From positions 135,465 through 199,464 of the forward strand of contig CAWBQX010000006.1 in the NCBI GenBank assembly GCA_963791015.1: a stretch of 64,000 bases of DNA. The letters are read 5' to 3'. Below, one piece after another: positions 10,418 to 19,393 of the stretch. Under the pieces are notes generated by a model, which worked only from the letters and a program-made list of their open reading frames with translations, ran no database searches and was not told the DNA's origin. Made by a program: the position numbers and the translations under genes. Within the stretch, counting starts at the first letter, position 1, and each line of letters opens with the position of its first letter. The DNA is from an uncultured Acidimicrobiaceae bacterium (GTDB lineage Bacteria > Actinomycetota > Acidimicrobiia > Acidimicrobiales > RAAP-2).

Positions 10418-10896
10418 GAGGCGCAGTGTCCAATCACGTCGAGGGCGTGCGAGGTTGCCCGGAAGCCCTGTTGCCGGGTCAGCTCATCCACCATTGCGCT
10501 CACGGTGCGTTCGAAGTCGCTCGTGGGCGTCACGTCGATAACCCGACCGCACAGCGAGCACAGCAGGTGGTGATGGTGGTGGGTGAGGTCTTCGGCGAGC
10601 TCGAAGCGCGCGAACTCGTCGTTGGCCGCGATGCGTCGTACGACGCCGGCCTCTTGGAGGTCCGACAAGTGTCGGTAGGCCGAGCTGCGTGGCACATCAG
10701 GAACCGCACGGGCGATGTCCGAGATGCTGAGGGGGCGGCCGCTGGTGGCGAGAAGTTCAACGACCGCTTGGCGACCCGCGGTGTAGCGCTGGTCGATGCG
10801 GCGCAGATGAACCTCCACCAGTTCGTGTAGCTCCGAGTGCGAGGCGTCGGCGGGGTGGTGTGATCCGCTAGCAAAGCTCACCGATGGTCCTTTCAC
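10402..10896 (-). CDS. zur: Fur-family metalloregulator, probably Zur
   Basis: Winged-helix N-domain, HHHHLLCSLCGRVIDV and C-terminal GHCASC metal sites; divergent from a metal ABC uptake operon across an AT-rich palindrome. Confidence 0.75.
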   Translation of the reverse strand: MKGPSVSFASGSHHPADASHSELHELVEVHLRRIDQRYTAGRQAVVELLATSGRPLSISDIARAVPDVPRSSAYRHLSDLQEAGVVRRIAANDEFARFELAEDLTHHHHHLLCSLCGRVIDVTPTSDFERTVSAMVDELTRQQGFRATSHALDVIGHCASCHEN

Positions 10897-10912
10897 GGGT
10901 TGTCTCAGTTGT

Positions 10913-10931
10913 AATGAGACTCATTCTCATT
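10913..10931. promoter_or_regulatory. putative Fur/Zur box (overlapping AT-rich palindromes)
   Basis: AATGAGACTCATT is a perfect 13-bp palindrome; AATGAGA-N5-TCTCATT overlaps it. It is the only AT-rich dyad in the 48-bp divergent intergenic region. Confidence 0.5.
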
Positions 10932-10944
10932 CTACGCTGACGCC

Positions 10945-11878
10945 ATGACTACTCGCTCATTGGCAAAAACTTCGCTGGCGGCAGGCGTGGTGGTGCTCAC
11001 CCTGATCGTCGCTTCACTCGCCGCACAACCTTCGGGGGCCAGTTCGTCCCACGTCATCGTGGCCATCGGCGCGGAGAACGAGTACGCCAACGTCTTGAGC
11101 CAGATCGGCGGGAAATATGTGTCGGTCTCGTCAATCTTGAACAACCCCAACACCGATCCCCACACCTTTGAAGCGAGCGCCAGCGTCGCCGAAGAGGTGG
11201 CCAGCGCGGATCTCATCGTGCAAAACGGCGTGGGCTACGACGGCTTCATGAACAACATCGAGGCCGCCTCGCCCAACTCGAAGCGCAAGGTCATCGTCGT
11301 TCAAGACGTCCTGGGCCTGCCCACTGACACGCCTAATCCGCACCTGTGGTACAAGCCCACGACCATGCCCGCGGTCGCCAAGGCGATGGTCAAGGCCCTC
11401 GACAAACTCGCCCCGAACCACGCGGCATACTTCAAGGCCAACCTCACGACGTTTGACGCGTCGCTCCAGCCGTGGCTCCAGGCGATCGCTTCGTTCAAGG
11501 CCAAGTACCCGAACACGCCCGGTTGCGGTCACCGAACCCGTCGCCGACTATCTTCTCCAGGCGATGGGCGCCAAGATTCTCACCCCCTTTGTTTTCCAGG
11601 CGGACATCATGAACGGCGTCGATCCCGCGCCGGAGGATGTCACGAAAGAAGATGGTTTCTTCACAAAGCACGAAGTCAAGCTCTTCTGCTACAACCAACA
11701 GGTCGTGGACTCGCTGACGACCTCGATTCGCCAAACGGCCCAGTCGGCCAACGTTCCGGTCGTGGGTGTGTACGAAACGATGCCCACCCCGGGATACGAC
11801 TATCAGACCTGGATGCTGGCCGAAGTCAAAGCGATTGAGGCCGCAGTAGCCTCGCACAAATCGACGGAGAAGCTATAA
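10945..11878 (+). pseudogene. metal ABC transporter substrate-binding protein (ZnuA/TroA type) with one +1 frameshift
   Basis: ORF 10945.. reads ..FKAKYPNTPG then nonsense. ORF 11453..11878 continues ..PVAVTEPVADYLLQAMGAKIL..VVGVYETMP. The frames join at about 11518-11522 in a CCCGG run. Confidence 0.8.
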
Positions 11879-11896
11879 GTAGCGCAGACCCCGTTC

Positions 11897-12696
11897 TTGA
11901 GGTTGAGCACGTCAAGCGTGTCCCTCGGCGGGCGCGCGGTCCTTGACGACGTCAGCTTTGAGGTGCGTCGCGGCGAGTTCACCGGACTCATCGGGTCTAA
12001 CGGCGTGGGCAAGACTACGCTCCTCCGCGCGATTCTGGGACTTCAGCGGCTGAACGGCGGCGAGATACGCGTCCTTGGCCAAGCGCGGACGAAGGGGAGC
12101 CATGCCCTCGGCTACGTCCCGCAGAAGGTCGTGCTCGATCCCGACGTGCCGCTACGCGCGCGCGACTTCGTCGCACTCGGTCTTGACGCCCATCACGTCG
12201 GCTTCTCGCGGCGAACGCCCGACCAACGCGAGCGGGTCGAGCAGATTCTCACGGACGTGGACGCCCTGCGATTTGCGAACAGTCGCGTGGGCAGTCTCTC
12301 GGGCGGCGAGCAACAGCGCGTCTTGATCGCTCACGCCCTCGTCAGTGAGCCCGCGTTGCTGGTGCTCGACGAGCCGCTGGCGAACTTGGACCCCAAGAGC
12401 GTCCAGGAGATCGTCGTCGTTGCTCCACCGCGTGGTCGAGCGATCACCACGTCGCCGTGCTGCTGTCGGCGCACGAGATGAATGCCCTCTTGCCCGTCAT
12501 GGATCGAATTGTCTATCTCACGAACGGTCGCGCGGCCAGTGGCACCACCGATGAAGTCGTTCGTTCGGACGTCTTAAGCGCGTTGTACGGACAGCACGTG
12601 GACGTTCTCAAGCTGCACGGGCGCGTGCTGGTGGTGACCGAACCGGGTCAAGATGACGCGCAGATCCCGGAGCACTCGACGTTGACCGTCAACTAG
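11897..12696 (+). pseudogene. metal ABC transporter ATP-binding protein (ZnuC type) with two +1 frameshifts
   Basis: Walker A GSNGVGKTT, LSGGEQQRV, LLVLDEP in frame 1. LLHRVVERS lies in a second frame and HHVAVLLSAHEMNALLPVMDRIVYL in a third. Junctions at about 12412-12421 and 12438-12443. Confidence 0.8.
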
Positions 12697-12698
12697 TC

Positions 12699-13591
12699 GT
12701 GCACTTCATCTTCGAGCCCGGTTTCTTTTCGAGTAGCCCGGTGCACGTCGCCCTCGTCGTGGGCGCGGTCAGCGCAATCGTGTCGGCGATCGTCGGGGTC
12801 TTTACCGTCATGCGCGGTCAGTCCTTCGCCGGCCACGCCTTGACCGACGTGGCCACGACCGGCGGTTCGGGGGCGTTCTTCTATGGCGCGAGCCCACTGG
12901 TGGGGTTTTTGAGTGCCGGGCGTGATCGGGGCCGGCGCCATGGAACTCGTGGGCGTGGAGCGCCTGCGCGGTCGTGACATCGCCACGGGCGTCGTGCTGG
13001 GATTCGCCACCGGGACTGTCTGCGCTGTTCTTGTACCTCGACACGACAAGAGTGCGGCAACCGGCGTGAGCCAGCAGATTCTCTTCGGATCCATCTTCAC
13101 TCTCAGTTCCTCGACCATCCCGTTCGTGGCGGTCCTGAGCGCACTTACCTTGTGCGTTCTGTTCGTCATCTATCGGCCATTGCTGCTGAGCTCGGTGAGC
13201 CCTGATCTCGCGGCCGCTCGCGGCATTCGCGTTCGGCTCATTGGCGTGCTCTTCATGCTCGCTCTGGCTATTGCGGTGGGCCTGTCGTCGATCGCGATCG
13301 GCTCGATCCTCTCGACCGCCCTGCTGATCGGTCCCGCCGCTGCGGCTCTTCGCGTGACGACCAACCTGCGCGCCACTTTGGTGGTGGCCGCACTCTGGGG
13401 CGTGGTGGCGACGTGGCTGGGTATCACTCTCGCCTACGACAGCTACTACTGGTTTCCTTCGAGCCAGGGACTGCCGGTCAGCTTCTTCATCGTGGCCTTG
13501 GTGTTCCTCGGATACCTGCTCTCCGGCGTACCCACACGGCGCCGGCAGCACGAGTTCTCGAACCTCGCTGGTTGTGGAGGGGGTTCGCTGA
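12699..13591 (+). pseudogene. metal ABC transporter permease 1 (ZnuB/TroC type) with +1 frameshift; 3' boundary unclear
   Basis: ORF 12699.. (FTVMRGQSFAGHALTDV..) switches to the frame of ORF 12913.. (VIGAGAMELVGV..ILFGSIF..LLIGPAAAA) at about 12917-12921. No in-frame stop before the next permease start at 13591. Confidence 0.7.
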
Positions 13592-14440
13592 TGTTCTCGA
13601 GCTTCATGGTGAACGCGTGGATCATCGGATCGGTCGTCGCCGCCGTGGCCGGGGTCGTCGGGTTCTTCGTCGTGATGCGCGGCTCGGCCTTCGCCGCGCA
13701 CGCCATCCCCAACGGTGCCTTTGCCGGGGCGGCGGGGGCGAATCTGATCGCCGTCAATCCGCTCATTGGACTCGGGGTCTTTTCGTTCGTCGCGGCACTC
13801 GGCATCGCCACGTTGTCGCGGCGCGGACGAGCCGATGCCGTCACCGCCCTCGCGCTCATGATGATGCTGGCATTGGGTGCGGCGTTCATCAGCCAGAGCA
13901 CGGAGTACGAACCGGCAATCTTCTCGTTGCTCTTTGGCGAGATCCTGGGCGTCAGCACGAGTCAACTCTGGCCGGTGATCGGCCTGGGCGTGGTGTGCGT
14001 CGGCGCGGTGGCGTTCTTCTACCGACCGTCTGCTGATGTCGTCGATCGCCCCGGAGATCGCGGCCGCCCAAGGACTGAAGCCGGAGCGACTGGAACTCAT
14101 CTTCCTGGTGATCCTGGCCTGTGCCACCACCATGACGGTGCCGGTCGTGGGCGCGTTGTTGATCTTCACGTTGATGATCGGACCTCCTGCGGCGGCGCGG
14201 TCCTTCAGCGATCGTGCACTCGTTGCCATGGCGCTGTCGGTGGTGCTCGCCCTGGTCACCATTTGGGGTGCGCTGGCGTGTTCGTTCACGACGAACTGGC
14301 CCGTGGGATTCTGGGTCGGATCGTTCAGCGCGGCCTGGTTCATCGCGGGACGACTCTTCGCATCGTGGCGTCGCGTCCGTTCTCGATCGCACACGCGCGC
14401 CGCCTCGCGCGGCGACGTACCCGTGATGGTGGGTGCGTAG
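13591..14440 (+). pseudogene. metal ABC transporter permease 2 (ZnuB/TroD type) with +1 frameshift
   Basis: MFSSFMVNAWIIG..VVMRGSAFAAHAIPNG..LFGEILGV..FFYRP, then a switch at about 14027-14030 to the frame of ORF 14036..14440 (LLMSSIAPEIAAAQGL..LIFTLMIGPPAAA). Confidence 0.7.
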
Positions 14441-14449
14441 CCTAAGGGC

Positions 14450-15355
14450 GTGACGAACGCCGATCTCCTTCTCGCGTGCCGCTTTGCGCCCGCCGGAACG
14501 CACGTGGATCTCGCGGTCTCGGGCGGGTCGGACTCACTCGGTCTCCTTCTTCTCGCTCTCGAAGCGCAACTGGACGTCCACGTGCACCACGTCGATCATC
14601 ACACCCGAGCGAACAGCGCGGCCGACGCCCGGTACGTGGTCGAGGTCGCGGACTCACTGCACGTTCCGGTAAGCGTCCATGACGTTCTCGTCGAGGCTGG
14701 ACCTAACTTCGAAGCGCGCGCTCGCGCCGAGCGCCGCCGCGTGCTGCCAGAGGGATCTCTCACCGGCCACACGATGGACGACCTCGCCGAGACGGTCCTG
14801 CTCAACATGCTTCGCGGTGCGGGGGTCGACGGGCTCTCGCCCCTGGTCAACGACCCGACCAAGCCGCTACTGGGACTGCGCCGCGCCGCCCTCGCGACGT
14901 ACGTCGCGGGGCGCGGCTTTGTCGCGCGAGTCGACGAGACGAACGACGACCTCGCGTACCGGCGCAACCGCGTGCGTCATCAGCTTCTGCCGCTGCTCAA
15001 TGACGTGGCCGAACGCGACGTGGTGCCACTACTCGCGCGCCAGGCCGAGATTCTCTTCGACGATCGCGAGTGGTTGGGTGAACTGCTGAAAGACGATCTG
15101 GCGCGCAACATCGAGGACGTGGACTGTCGCGAACTGCGCGACTGGCCGCGGGCGCGTCTGCGGCGCTGGCTGAGGACCAAGCTCGCTCGCGGCGACGACC
15201 TGGGCGAGCGTCATCCGCCCAGCAGCGCGGAGATCGAGCGAGCGTTGCGCGTGATCGACGGCGAGGTTGTCGCGGTCGAACTCGAGGGTGGAAGGCGGCT
15301 CTCGCGCACGTCGCAGCGCCTGGCGCTCGAAGGTGACTCCACTACGCTGACCTGA
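14450..15355 (+). CDS. tilS: tRNA(Ile)-lysidine synthase
   Basis: PP-loop DLAVSGGSDSLGLL, HVDH..R motif, position upstream of hpt. Confidence 0.85.
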   Translation: MTNADLLLACRFAPAGTHVDLAVSGGSDSLGLLLLALEAQLDVHVHHVDHHTRANSAADARYVVEVADSLHVPVSVHDVLVEAGPNFEARARAERRRVLPEGSLTGHTMDDLAETVLLNMLRGAGVDGLSPLVNDPTKPLLGLRRAALATYVAGRGFVARVDETNDDLAYRRNRVRHQLLPLLNDVAERDVVPLLARQAEILFDDREWLGELLKDDLARNIEDVDCRELRDWPRARLRRWLRTKLARGDDLGERHPPSSAEIERALRVIDGEVVAVELEGGRRLSRTSQRLALEGDSTTLT

Positions 15356-15356
15356 C

Positions 15357-15926
15357 ATGGATAGGCACACTCCCGACGATTTCACTGCAACCTGGGCCAA
15401 AGGCGTACTGGGCGAGGTGGTCGTCTCGGCCACGGAGTTGCGCGAGCGGGTCTGTGACCTCGGAGCTCAGATCACCCGGGACTACGCCGAAAAGCCACCC
15501 CTGCTGGTCGGTGTCTTAAAGGGCGCGATCAACTTCATGTCCGACCTCATGCGGGCCATTGAACTGCCCGTGGAGGTCGACTTCATGGCGGTCTCCTCGT
15601 ACGGTGCGGCCACCAAGACCAGCGGCGTGGTGCGCATCGTCAAGGACCTCGACGTCGACCTGACGGACCGCGACGTGCTCATTGTCGAAGACGTCGTCGA
15701 CTCGGGACTCACGCTCAACTACTTGCGCCAGTACCTCGGCGCGCGCTCGCCCGCGAGCTTGGAGGTCTGTGCGCTCCTGCTCAAGGAGGGCGAACAGCGG
15801 GTGGAGCAGTCGCTCAAGTACGTGGGTTTCACGATTCCCGCGGACTTCGTGGTGGGCTACGGCCTCGACGTAGCCGAGCGCTACCGCAACCTGGACGCGA
15901 TCTACACCTTCATCGGTGAGGCCTGA
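15357..15926 (+). CDS. hpt: hypoxanthine-guanine phosphoribosyltransferase
   Basis: PRPP-binding motif [23 protein letters not shown], about 189 aa. Confidence 0.9.
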   Translation: MDRHTPDDFTATWAKGVLGEVVVSATELRERVCDLGAQITRDYAEKPPLLVGVLKGAINFMSDLMRAIELPVEVDFMAVSSYGAATKTSGVVRIVKDLDVDLTDRDVLIVEDVVDSGLTLNYLRQYLGARSPASLEVCALLLKEGEQRVEQSLKYVGFTIPADFVVGYGLDVAERYRNLDAIYTFIGEA

Positions 15927-15928
15927 GC

Positions 15929-16511
15929 GTGGTCGACCAGCCAAGGGTGCAGGAACTGATTCGTCAGTTACTGGCGGCGATCGGCGACGACCCCGAGCGC
16001 GAAGGACTCCTCGAGACGCCGCGTCGGGTGGCCGAGATGTACGCCGAACTCTTCAAGGGGGTCGAGAAGGACCCGGGCGAGCACCTGCGCGTCGGCTTTG
16101 AGATCGGTCACGACGAGATGGTCATGGTGCGCGACATTCCTTTCACCTCGCTGTGCGAGCACCACCTCGTGCCCTTCGTCGGCGTGGCCCACGTGGCCTA
16201 CTTGCCGGGCGACAGTGGCCGCATCACCGGCCTGTCGAAACTCGGCGCGCGTCGTCGAGGGCTACGCGAGACGCCTGCAAGTTCAAGAGCGCATGACGAC
16301 CGAGATCGTTGAGACGATCGAACGCGAACTGCAGCCTCGAGGTTCAATCGTCGTCATTGAGGCCGAGCACTTCTGCATGTCGATGCGTGGGGTGAAGAAG
16401 GACGGGATGACCACGGTCACCTCGGCCGTGCGAGGGATCTTCCGCGACGACGCCAAGACCCGTGCGGAGGCCTTGCAGTACATCCACCAACGAAGGTCGA
16501 CGTGGCGCTGA
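15929..16511 (+). pseudogene. folE: GTP cyclohydrolase I (FolE type IA) interrupted by a single +1 frameshift (or sequence error)
   Basis: ORF 15929.. gives ..[31 protein letters not shown] 16098..16511 gives [32 protein letters not shown]. The frames join at about 16243-16245 (CTC-G-GCG). Confidence 0.8.
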
Positions 16512-17302
16512 GGCCCCAGGTCATGGGCATCGTGAACGTGACGCCCGACTCCTTCGTACCCTCCTCGCGCACGCTGGCCGCCGACGAGGCGATCGCGCGC
16601 GGCCGCGAACACTTCGCGAACGGTGCGGACATGGTTGACGTGGGCGGTGAGTCCACACGCCCCGGGGCCGAGCCGGTCGACGACGCAGAAGAGATTCGCC
16701 GTGTGGTGAGCGTGGTGGCCGAACTGGCCCAACTTGGTCCGGTCTCGATCGACACGCAAAAAGAGTCGGTCGCGCGCGCCGCGATTGCGGCGGGGGCCAG
16801 TGTGCTCAATGACGTCTCGGCGAGCCTGGCGGAGGTAGCGGGCGAGGCGGGCGTAGGATACGTCGCGATGCATCGCCAGGGGGACTCGCGCGTGATGCAG
16901 GTCAACCCGCACTACGACGACGTCGTGGCGGAGATCAGTGAGTTTCTGGCCGGTGTGGCCGAGCAGGCCCGTCGACTTGGCGTCGGCCAGTTGTGGCTCG
17001 ATCCCGGCATCGGATTTGGCAAGACGGTGGAGCACAATCTGAGCCTGCTGGCCCACTGCGACTCCTTTGTGGAGTTAGCCGAGCGCTACAACGCGGGCGT
17101 GCTCGTTGGCACGAGTCGCAAGAGCTTTCTCAAGCACCTCGGTTGCGCGACCCTTGACGTCGATGAGCGCCTGGAGGCCTCTTTGGCTACGGAGGCCTGG
17201 GCTTTGGTGCAAGGTGTCAGTATGGTGCGCGTGCACGACGTTCGAGAGACAGTACAACTGCGGGACTTGCTGATTCCGCGCACCGAGGTCCTGACGCCGT
17301 GA
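16502..17302 (+). CDS. folP: dihydropteroate synthase
   Basis: [35 protein letters not shown] motifs. Confidence 0.9.
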   Translation: MALRPQVMGIVNVTPDSFVPSSRTLAADEAIARGREHFANGADMVDVGGESTRPGAEPVDDAEEIRRVVSVVAELAQLGPVSIDTQKESVARAAIAAGASVLNDVSASLAEVAGEAGVGYVAMHRQGDSRVMQVNPHYDDVVAEISEFLAGVAEQARRLGVGQLWLDPGIGFGKTVEHNLSLLAHCDSFVELAERYNAGVLVGTSRKSFLKHLGCATLDVDERLEASLATEAWALVQGVSMVRVHDVRETVQLRDLLIPRTEVLTP

Positions 17303-17805
17303 AGGGTAAGTGGGCAGCGGGCATCGAGCCGCGCGGCTTTACCTGGGTCTACAAGGGGATCTTGGCGGTCTCGGAGCGTCCCGGCGGATCGACCACCGTC
17401 CATCGCCAGGTCCGACGAGACGAAGAGTTGCTGTGGCTCAAGCACCAGGGGTTCGGCCGGGTCATCTCGATTCTGCCGAGCATGCAGAATGCGAGTGCCT
17501 ACTTCGAACACGGACTGAGTGCGAGCCACTACGCCTTGCGCGGTGGCGCTCACCAGAAAGAAGTCCTTGACGCGTGCTACCACGACGTGGCCCACTGCAT
17601 GGAGAACAACACGACGGTTCTCTTGCACGGCGACGAAGTCTCGGATCGTCTTCTCGGGGTTGTCGCGGGCTATCTGGTGTGGAGTCAGAAAGTGGCGACC
17701 GTGCCCGCCTCCATCGCGCTCGTCGAGCGGCTCTTCAAGCGCTCGATCGGTCCTGATGGACGCTCGGTGCTCATGGATCTGCCCGAAGACGAACCACATG
17801 AGTGA
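17299..17805 (+). CDS. dual-specificity/tyrosine phosphatase-fold protein lacking the catalytic Cys (HGX5R instead of HCX5R)
   Basis: GTGA overlap with the folP stop and ATG..TGA overlap with the folB start. VLLHGDEVSDRLLGVVAGYLVW aligns to the VHCxxGxxRSG..AYLM P-loop with Gly (GGC, 17629-17631) in place of Cys. Confidence 0.5.
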   Translation: MKGKWAAGIEPRGFTWVYKGILAVSERPGGSTTVHRQVRRDEELLWLKHQGFGRVISILPSMQNASAYFEHGLSASHYALRGGAHQKEVLDACYHDVAHCMENNTTVLLHGDEVSDRLLGVVAGYLVWSQKVATVPASIALVERLFKRSIGPDGRSVLMDLPEDEPHE

Positions 17806-18163
17806 CGTCATCGAACTGCGCGAACTACGCGTGGGTGCGGTGGTGGGAGTCTTGGCCGAAGAACGCGATCGCGCCCAACCCCTGGCCTTTGATATCGATA
17901 TCGTGCGAGCGTTCGAGGCGGCGTCGATGAGCGACGACCTCGCCGAGACCACGAACTACGCCGAGATCCTCACCCTGGCCACCCGGGTGGCGCGTGACGG
18001 TGAGTTCTTGCTGCTCGAGACGTTGGCCTATCGGGTGGCGCGCGAGGTCCTCGCCTACGACGAGGAGATCGAAGCGGTCACGGTGGCGGTGCGCAAACTG
18101 CGCCCGCCCGTGCCCCAAGACGTCGCCACTGTCGGCGTGCGCTGTACGGTGACTCGCCCCTAG
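17798..18163 (+). CDS. folB: dihydroneopterin aldolase
   Basis: ATG 17798; IELRELRV.AVVGVLAEER..QPL.FDIDI is a typical FolB N-terminus; about 121 aa; between folP and folK. Confidence 0.85.
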   Translation: MSDVIELRELRVGAVVGVLAEERDRAQPLAFDIDIVRAFEAASMSDDLAETTNYAEILTLATRVARDGEFLLLETLAYRVAREVLAYDEEIEAVTVAVRKLRPPVPQDVATVGVRCTVTRP

Positions 18164-18630
18164 TGCGCATCGCCTACTTGTCGCTCGGTTCCAACGTCGG
18201 TGATCGTCACGCTCATTTGGCGGGTGCGATCGACACTCTCGCTCGGGACGACGAGTATCGCCTCTCGTCGGTCTACGAGACCGAGCCGGTCGGGGGAGTG
18301 GACCAGGAGAACTTCTGGAACCTCGTAATGGAGCTCGCCACCCGCGAGAGTGCCCGCGAACTGCTCGAGCGTGCCATGCGCGCCGAAGAAGACGCACAGC
18401 GCACACGCGAGGTGCGCTGGGGCCCGCGCACGTTGGACGTTGATGTCTTGTTGGTCGGTGGCGAGAGCCTCAACCTCCCGGAACTGACCGTGCCTCATCC
18501 CCGGATGTACGAGCGCTCGTTTGTCTTGGTGCCTCTGGCCGAGTTGGCCCCGAAGCTCGTGAGTGACGACCAGTTGGCCGCTGCGTCCGGGCACGTCGTC
18601 AAACTCGGTACACTTTCCTCGTTGCGCTAG
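18163..18630 (+). CDS. folK: 2-amino-4-hydroxy-6-hydroxymethyldihydropteridine diphosphokinase
   Basis: AYLSLGSNVGDR, GPRTLDVDVLL, HPRMYERSFVLVPLAEL motifs. Confidence 0.85.
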   Translation: MRIAYLSLGSNVGDRHAHLAGAIDTLARDDEYRLSSVYETEPVGGVDQENFWNLVMELATRESARELLERAMRAEEDAQRTREVRWGPRTLDVDVLLVGGESLNLPELTVPHPRMYERSFVLVPLAELAPKLVSDDQLAAASGHVVKLGTLSSLR

Positions 18631-18676
18631 TGACCGAACGGCACCCTCGGGGCCGGAACGGGAAATGGAGCCAGAC

Positions 18677-19393
18677 ATGAACATCGCCATTGTGGGCGCA
18701 GGCCACGCGGGCACGTCATTTGCCACCGCCTTGGGTGACGTCGGCCACGCGGTTCGCCTCGTTCATCACGACGAGCTCGACACCATCGGTGACGCCGAGG
18801 TCGTCATGCTGTGCGTGCCCGACGACGCCATCGCCGAGGTCGCCGCGGAACTCGAACCACTGGAGAGTCGCGTCGTGGTGCACGTCGCGGGCTCGCGCGG
18901 GCTCAGCGTGGTCGCGCGTCATCCGCGCGCCGGGTTCGTGCATCCCTTGGTGGTCCTCTCCTCAAAGGATGTGGGAGCGGCACGTCTGCGCGGGGCGCTC
19001 TTCAGCGTCGGGGGCGACGACGTGGTCAACGACATCGTGGCCTCCATGGAAGGCCGCGTGATCCGTCTGCACGACGACCAACGCGCGGCCTACCACGCGA
19101 CCGCCGCGGTTGCGGCTAATCACCTGGTCGCCCTGCTCGGACACGTGGAGGTCTTGGCCGAGGCGGCCGGTCTCACCTTCGATGACTTTGTTCCTCTCAT
19201 CCACCAGGCCCTGAGCGACGTCGAGGAACGCGGAGCATCGCGGGCTCTCACCGGCCCGGCGTCGCGCTCGGACTTTGCGACGATCGACGCCCACCTCGCC
19301 GCCATCCCCGAGAGTGAGCGCGCCACCTACGTAGCCCTCGCGCGGGCCGCCTTCGAACTCGCCGAGCGACGTCGCCAGCCTTCTGCTACGTGA
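18677..19393 (+). CDS. Rossmann-fold NAD(P)-binding protein (DUF2520-like)
   Basis: ATG 18677 after GGAG; MNIAIVGAGHAG dinucleotide fold; sits between folK and panC where actinobacteria carry a DUF2520 protein. Confidence 0.6.
   Translation: MNIAIVGAGHAGTSFATALGDVGHAVRLVHHDELDTIGDAEVVMLCVPDDAIAEVAAELEPLESRVVVHVAGSRGLSVVARHPRAGFVHPLVVLSSKDVGAARLRGALFSVGGDDVVNDIVASMEGRVIRLHDDQRAAYHATAAVAANHLVALLGHVEVLAEAAGLTFDDFVPLIHQALSDVEERGASRALTGPASRSDFATIDAHLAAIPESERATYVALARAAFELAERRRQPSAT

Noticed and set aside
12990-13070. Possible compensating frameshift pair inside permease 1 (alternative frame reads GLSALFLYLDTT, resembling a TM3 end motif)
   Set aside because: The annotated frame (GFATGTVCAVLVPRHDKSAATGV) is also plausible as TM plus loop, and I cannot discriminate without an alignment. 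Not counted among the frameshifts.
12808-14394. 528-aa ORF antisense to the two metal-permease genes
   Set aside because: Extremely Arg/His/Glu/Asp-rich nonsense composition. The sense strand encodes recognisable TM permease sequence.
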